DNA of 13,779 nt from Azolla caroliniana. Lineage: Eukaryota; Plantae; Polypodiophyta. The position numbers were made by a program, and so were the translations under genes. The DNA is taken from contig JBHGNT010000929.1 in the NCBI GenBank assembly GCA_043228905.1, forward strand, positions 1 through 13,779, given 5' to 3'. Positions 8,184-13,779 of the stretch are shown here, piece by piece. The notes under the pieces were generated by a model. It saw only the letters and a list, made by a program, of their open reading frames with translations. It did no database searches and had not been told where the DNA came from. Position 1 is the stretch's first letter; every line of letters begins with the position of its first letter.

Positions 8184-11100
8184 GTAGCCGTGCGTTTTTC
8201 TCCTTCCTTCAACTTTCTTCGACTCATATCTTATTCAGCCTTTCTTTGTTTGTCAATTCCTTTTGGTCTCTTTTATTGATCTGCGCATCTGGCATGATCT
8301 CCTAGTACCATTTGCGTTCATTGTTTCCTATTTCATCAGGTGAAACCTTATCGTACTTTCTTTTTTCTTAAGTTTTCATCTGTCTTTTTTGCTTCTTTTC
8401 TGTACTTTTTCTCTAGGCGTTACATTCATTTTTCTCAGATAATACGTACTTGTATTCGCTGAAGTTTTAATATTTTCTTCGCTTCTTTTTATACATTCGT
8501 TGACAGTGTCTGGTTCTCTAGTTTCTACATTCATTTGATCCTTGCATTTCCCCACTTGTCTACGGTTTAATTCATTCCACCAAGTTATTTACCTGCAATA
8601 TTTTCTTCACTAATGAAAGTTCACAGTTTCAATTGTTTGTCCTCTCCTTAAGTCGATTTTCGTTCTTTCATATCCTTGTAGTATCTGCAGAATCACAGCT
8701 GGATCTTGTGATACCTTCTGATGGACGAAGGGATGAATATTTGACGTTGCATGCGATGGATTATCAATTTCATTTGATAATTTTGAGATTGAAATGCTCT
8801 TTCGTAAAGAATATAGTTTCTTTCATTATATGCGGACATCAATCCATCTATGTTTTCTCTAGAACGAGATGATGTTTAATGCTTGAAATGCTCATTAACT
8901 TAAGCAATTACACACAACACTCTCTCTGAATATACTGGTTTCCTTGAGTGATAAATTCATTGAGAAAATGATGTTATGTTGCATGCCTTCTCTAAGGGAG
9001 TGACGTATTTAGTTACTCTTGATATATTGTGCATGAAAATAATCCATTTAATGAAGCAGACTTGCACCAGTCTCTAGGACATATTTTGCTTATTTTATTT
9101 CTTCATTATCTGCACTACATGTTACATCACAAAAAACGAACTTACGATGTATTGTGATAATGTAACGCACGTAAATGGTCCATTTAATAATAAATGACGC
9201 GTACTGACGCACACGTCTATATGTGTAAAAATATCTGCTTTATTTCATATTTCCTGCCATTATCTGCGTTAGATGTTACCTAAAAAGAATAAGCTCATAT
9301 GATTAGCTTCTGATAATATAGCTCATTGATGTACTTCGATGTATTTATTCCATTTGAGTACATATACTAGCTGCTTGAAAAGGTGGCATTTTTTGCAATG
9401 TCGCAGTCTCTGTGAAGATATGTGGTTCGTTATCTTCGATTTCTTGAATCCAAGCTCTCTTATCCGCCTTTCTTTGGTGAATCGAGCATTTCATCGTCTA
9501 GTGATGGAAAGATGTGTCTGGATGATAGCTTGCCATCGCGAGTTAAAAGTTCCATACTATGATGCAAAACCTCAGTTTCCATGGCGAAACCTCTATGACG
9601 CTGTTACTGGTAAGTAATAGTTTGCAGTTATGACGTATTATTGATTCTCTATTTATAAGGAAGTAATATGCCTGCTAAATTTGGGAAGCGTACCAATGCT
9701 CTTGAATTTATTCTGATAAATCAGTTGGCTAATCGTTGCTAGTAAGGTTATGGTTAACTGCGTTTAAGACGTAGTGGCATTGTTTAATCTAGCTATGGAA
9801 TTCTTGAAATTAGCTTGCTAATTTAGAGAAACCGTTGCTTGCCGAACTTTTGATTTTGAAAGACTCCTAAACTTTTGTTTAGCAATGTAAAATTAAGACG
9901 GTATTCTTTGTTTAACTTAGCTTGGGTTACCTTGAACTTTGCCTGCTAAATTAGGGAAAGCTTGGCTTATGTTTTAATCTTGAAGGTCTGCTAAATTTGT
10001 GCTACACTTTAATGTCTACTGTTGTAAAAGTTTTCACCAATAAAATCAACGATTAATCCTCCGTTTAATAATGATCTCATAATGTGATGCTAACCTTCTT
10101 AAAGCTATAATTATATTGCAGGTGCAAAGCATGCGTACAGCTTCCATAATTCAGAAGAACACATTGGTATAAAATCGCATTATATTTCAAGTATCTCTTC
10201 CATGTCAGCTTTGCCTTGATCTGAAGAGGAAGTTCTGCAGACATTATCTGAGAATTCTTCTTGTAAGGGAACTAATGGTATAAACTCACCACTAGTTATA
10301 ACATATTAACCTATATAATCTCCTGCAGATTGGCTCAGAGTGGGGACCTTTAGGATGGAATCCGGTGAAGCTTTGCTTTCAAGTCAATTACCCGCTATTG
10401 CTTCAAGCAGAAGTACTAATCTAGAGTCATGCACAACCAGAGTGTCTAATGTAATAAAGGGGCCCTGGATTGTAGGTCAGCATTAAAAGACATTACTACA
10501 TATTGTCTAATGATATTGGTTTAACAAATTTGCAAAAGATTCTATTTAGTTCAACGTAGTGTATTGATTGATCTGTTCACGCTTTGATGTGATTCAGATA
10601 TGCATTTGCTGCGTTGCTCAGTTTGTACCCAGCCAACATGTGATGGTGATGCATTTTGCCCCCTTCTTCTTACCAGTATATTAAAAGTATTCCTCCCTAA
10701 TTAATAGATCCGCCCGGCTTGATCAGAACAGTACAACTCTTGATTGCTTCATGTTGCTCGATCAGTTAGCAATAGATGTGTCATCAATGAACAATATAAA
10801 GATCAAAGAATTACCATGTCCTTCCTCAGACATTGCTGACTCACAAGATCTAGATCACTGACCGTGGCATTATATGAAATTATGTTGCCTTATATTATTT
10901 ATAGGGACTGTTCAAGTGCTTGACGCTCGCCATTGGGAACTCTTCCTCCATGAAGAGTACATAAATGGAGACTGGAAATTCGAAGAAATAGAAGAGCAAG
11001 TTGTTTGTCCATCTCCTGACACTTCAGCCATGGCTGCTATTCTTGATGCAAAGCACGTAAGAAGCAGGAGTACAAAGGGCAAGTATTTGAACTCTGATTT

Positions 11101-11980
11101 TAGTTTAATTCCTTTGACGTTGTGGTTTTATATGAATCGTTTGCATTTGATCGATCTGTCTGGTTATAGCATAGAAAATAAGCATTATGTAAAAATGGAG
11201 TCTTTTGAGGATGTTTCTTATGATTCACTGTGTTTCTATACAAGAAATATTAGTGCATTATTCTGGATCTTAGGTAGTAACTTCGTCTAAGGCTCGGGAT
11301 GCATTTTGTGTTTTATATAAAATGCCTGCGAGTTTAAAGTATTTTTCCCTATCTATAAGGGAGTTCTTTTTGAAGGCTTTCGATGTATTTTTGTGTATAT
11401 CTCTGGAACTTATAGTGGAGTTCTTCATGTTTCGTGGCTTTTAATGTAGGCAAGGCTTAAGTGTATTTCACCGAATCTTAGTGAGTTTCTTGTGAAGGCT
11501 TTAGATGTACTGCATTGTGATAAAAAAAACCCGTGTATTTTTCTGCGTGTATTTTCAGAAAGAGTTCATATGATTAATCTTATTATTAATACATCATATT
11601 ATTAATCTGTATAAATAAATAAATAAATATTATATAATGAATCTTATTATCAATATCTCTTATAGAATTGCTGAATTTGAAGTCATGGACATTTCCTCCG
11701 GGGGTTTTTCACCCTTCAACATCGTGTAAGACATTTGCGGTGGCAGCAAGTACTAACTTGAGGCAAGAAAACGAAGGTAAAGAACACTTTAAAACAGTAC
11801 AATTGTTTCGTGGTGGTTACAGCAATACATACTCTTGTTTTCTAATGGATTCTAAAGCTTGGTACTGACTCATTAATATCAGCCAAATTGGTGGTGAAAC
11901 TCTACACGATGAAAGCCAAAACCCTGGGACAGAATTCTGTTATTGCCATTCGCATCACACAAGCACTAGCTCAGTCGTGA
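7861..11980 (+). CDS. RMF: F-box protein of the RMF/ZYGO1 (At3g61730/At5g36000-like) family; join(7861..8183,9407..9609,10122..10166,10329..10475,10598..10645,10905..11078,11666..11776,11883..11980), 382 aa
   Basis: All seven introns are phase-compatible (2,1,1,1,1,1,1) and the CDS is 1149 nt with no internal stop. F-box EDMWFVIFDFLNPSSLIRLSLVNRAFHRLV..VW. Family motifs HAYSF..EEHIDWLRVGTF, GPWIVDMHLLRCSVC..TCDGTVQVLDARHWELFL, LLNLKSW, AVAASTNLRQENE, IAIRITQ. Family recognised from memory. Confidence 0.88.
9407..9609 (+). CDS. RMF: F-box gene exon 2 (F-box domain)
   Basis: CGCAG| ... G|GTAAGT; encodes LCEDMWFVIFDFL..WRNLYDAVT. Confidence 0.9.
9628..10005. repeat. Degenerate ~130-136-bp tandem repeat, about 3 copies, in intron 2
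   Basis: TTA(T/A)GACG anchors at ~9628, 9764 and 9893. GC(C/T)TGCTAA(A/T)TT.G.GAA anchors at 9670, 9813 and 9941. Confidence 0.6.
10122..10166 (+). CDS. RMF: F-box gene exon 3 (45 nt)
   Basis: TGCAG| ... G|GTATAA; encodes GAKHAYSFHNSEEHI. Confidence 0.88.
10329..10475 (+). CDS. RMF: F-box gene exon 4
   Basis: TGCAG| ... G|GTCAGC; encodes DWLRVGTFRMESGEALL..NVIKGPWIV. Confidence 0.9.
10598..10645 (+). CDS. RMF: F-box gene exon 5 (48 nt, CxxC-x4-C motif)
   Basis: TTCAG| ... G|GTGATG; encodes DMHLLRCSVCTQPTCD. Confidence 0.88.
10905..11078 (+). CDS. RMF: F-box gene exon 6 (ends at a GC donor)
   Basis: TATAG| ... AAGG|GCAAGT; encodes GTVQVLDARHWELFLHEEY..LDAKHVRSRSTK. Confidence 0.86.
11666..11776 (+). 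CDS. RMF: F-box gene exon 7
   Basis: TATAG| ... AG|GTAAAG; encodes ELLNLKSW..AVAASTNLRQENE. Confidence 0.88.
11883..11980 (+). CDS. RMF: F-box gene exon 8 (terminal)
   Basis: ATCAG| ... TGA; encodes AKLVVKLYTMKAKTLGQNSVIAIRITQALAQS*. Confidence 0.85.
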
Positions 11981-12329
11981 CTAAATTATGTCATTCCACG
12001 GTATCGTTGTTGTATCTCCTTCCATCTTGATACAATAACCAACCCTCATGATTATGGCCAACTAATCACTCACAAGTTTGAACTTTCTAGTGGATATGGA
12101 ACGTTCAAGAAGTTAATGAGAGGCTACCACACATAAGATGACTATCATGGTATAAAGTATGGAATGTGGACCATAATATACAATACAATATACATACCTA
12201 TGAAAGCAGCAAATGGGACAGGAATGTCTTTCTTGAAACTACATTGTACAAGTTTTGATATGGGTTTATTTTCACTAGTTAAGTTCCTTGAATGGGGTTC
12301 AAATAATTCCATAATACAATACACAAAGT

Positions 12330-12762
12330 ATAGCATGAACTAAGATTACACGTAATGATTGATTTGTTCCTCTCTGAATTGATATTAACCTTCTTGTTAT
12401 ATATACATGGTGTTGGTTGTGTACTTGCTATGGAAAATGAATCCATGTTGGCAAAGCAAAAGACGATGGGAAGAATAGCATGAACTAAGATTACACGTAA
12501 TGATTGATTTGTTCCTCTCTGAATTGATATTAACCTTCTTGTTATGTATACATGGTGTTGGTTGTGTACTTGCTATGGAAAATGAATCCATGTTGGCAAA
12601 GCAAAAGACGATGGGAAGAATAGCATGAACTAAGATTACACGTAATGATTGATTTGCTCCTCTGAATTGATATTAACCTTCTTGTTATGTATACACGGTG
12701 TTGGTTGTGTACTTGCTATGGAAAATGAATCCATGTTGGCAAAGCAAAAGAGGGTGGGAAAA
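12330..12762. repeat. 145-bp tandem repeat, 3 near-identical copies
   Basis: Units start at 12330, 12475 and 12620. Copies 1 and 2 differ at one position I could see. Copy 3 has a 2-nt deletion and about 5 substitutions. Confidence 0.97.
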
Positions 12763-12843
12763 CTTAGGAGTGAAATAAGTCTCACCTTATTTGCTCATCA
12801 ATAAGTTTCTTGCAATATGCGCCCTTCAGATGTACTGCCCATG

Positions 12844-12976
12844 TGTAATAGGTATGAGCCTGCCACTTCTGACTAGTTTCAAACACTCAAAATTCTATCA
12901 TCTTTGTGACTGTAATAGGTATGGGTTTGCCACTACTAACTAGTTTCTAAAACTCTTATAAATTCCATCATCTTTG
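12844..12976. repeat. Diverged ~67-bp tandem duplication
   Basis: TGTAATAGGTATG..TGCCACT.CT.ACTAGTTTC..AATTC.ATCATCTTTG at 12844 and 12911. Confidence 0.85.
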
Positions 12977-13779
12977 CAATAAACAATTAAAAGGCCTCAA
13001 CCAGAATCTACATTGTTGGTTCTGGTTCAACAAAGCAACTAACTTGAGTGTAGGAAAATCATACATCTTGATCACCTCAATGCATCAAACTATAGTTTTG
13101 TGTGGAGATTTGCCAATGAGGTCGAGTTGGGCAAATGATACATGCTACCAAATCGAGGCATTACAGAAATATATGGAAGTTTTAAATATTACAAGCATAT
13201 ATCTGAGAGACATTTGTGGTTTAAGCGCCCATGGGCCATAGATGCCAGGTTTACTATGCATGGTACTTGTGGTTCTGTGAACTCTAGTTTTAAATTTTAA
13301 AATTTGAAGTCGCTCCATGATTTTATCTATGATCCCTCACTCTACATATAATATAATACTGCCACTATTCCAAGGAAGTATTAAGTTCACAAAACTGTAT
13401 AACTATTAAAATTTCCTTACTTATACTAACAAATTCGATGAACTCATACATCAATTAACTCTCCACCAAAAGATGGAATTTACAATTGTATGATAAAGCT
13501 TTTCTGGTACATTATGCTCGCCTTTAATGTGTGTTCAGATTCTAACCCCATTTGGAATAAAAAAGAGTAACATTTATCTCAATCAATAAAATGTCTTCAT
13601 TGAAGGTGTACTGATCCTCCGAGAGTTATACTAATTTTTTGCAAATTTAAAGTATAAAACATTTCATAAACAATGTCTAGCAAACAATATTGAGACAACA
13701 TATAAAATATAAGACTTTTCTAATCCAAAATAGATGCCGCATAGCATACATAAAAAGCTCACCTTAATATCCACCAAAT

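Larger units (their letters stand above)
12074..13779 (-). pseudogene. Putative decayed multi-exon gene, product unidentified, convergent with the F-box gene
   Basis: Minus-strand donors AAG|GTGAGC (13762), AAG|GTGAGA (12785), AAG|GTTAAT (12677, 12534, 12389), TAG|GTATGT (12197) and TT|GTGAGT (12073), separated by 70-107-nt T-rich intron-like gaps. In-frame stops and one apparently mutated acceptor are present. No homolog recognised. Confidence 0.4.

Noticed and set aside
8018-8872. ORFs 8018-8305 and 8633-8872 as extra exons or genes
   Set aside because: One is an alternate frame of exon 1 running into the intron; the other lies in T-rich intron 1. Exon 1 already joins exon 2 in phase.
9121-9166. 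Imperfect hairpin GTTACAT-CACAA..TTGTG-ATA-ATGTAAC as a miRNA precursor
   Set aside because: Only 12 paired bases with a bulge, too short and AT-rich.
13044-13241. 65-aa plus-strand ORF
   Set aside because: Non-ATG start, no motif, and the splice signals in this region point to the opposite strand.

Overview
Land-plant nuclear DNA, not prokaryotic. The left half (1-6586) is a nest of decayed LTR retrotransposons. A Ty1/copia element on the minus strand (protease-integrase-RT-RNase H, PPT, first bases of the 3' LTR) and a Tnt1/Tork-like copia element on the plus strand face head-to-head, and both have lost their 5' halves. They are joined by one foreign solo LTR (3419-4737) whose flanks do not match. 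That LTR carries a 760-bp hAT-type non-autonomous element with an 8-bp TSD and an internal 24-bp minisatellite. The right half holds an intact-looking 8-exon gene (7861-11980, 382 aa, one GC-AG intron) of the RMF/ZYGO1 (At3g61730-like) meiotic F-box family. Immediately downstream, a chain of short exon-like segments on the minus strand suggests an unidentified, decayed convergent gene. A recent 145-bp triplication copied one of its 38-nt mini-exons three times. Several introns are also built from old ~120-155-bp tandem duplications. All family assignments come from motif recall, not database searches. I found no clearly novel biological system; the best leads are the convergent exon chain and the recombinant LTR junction.
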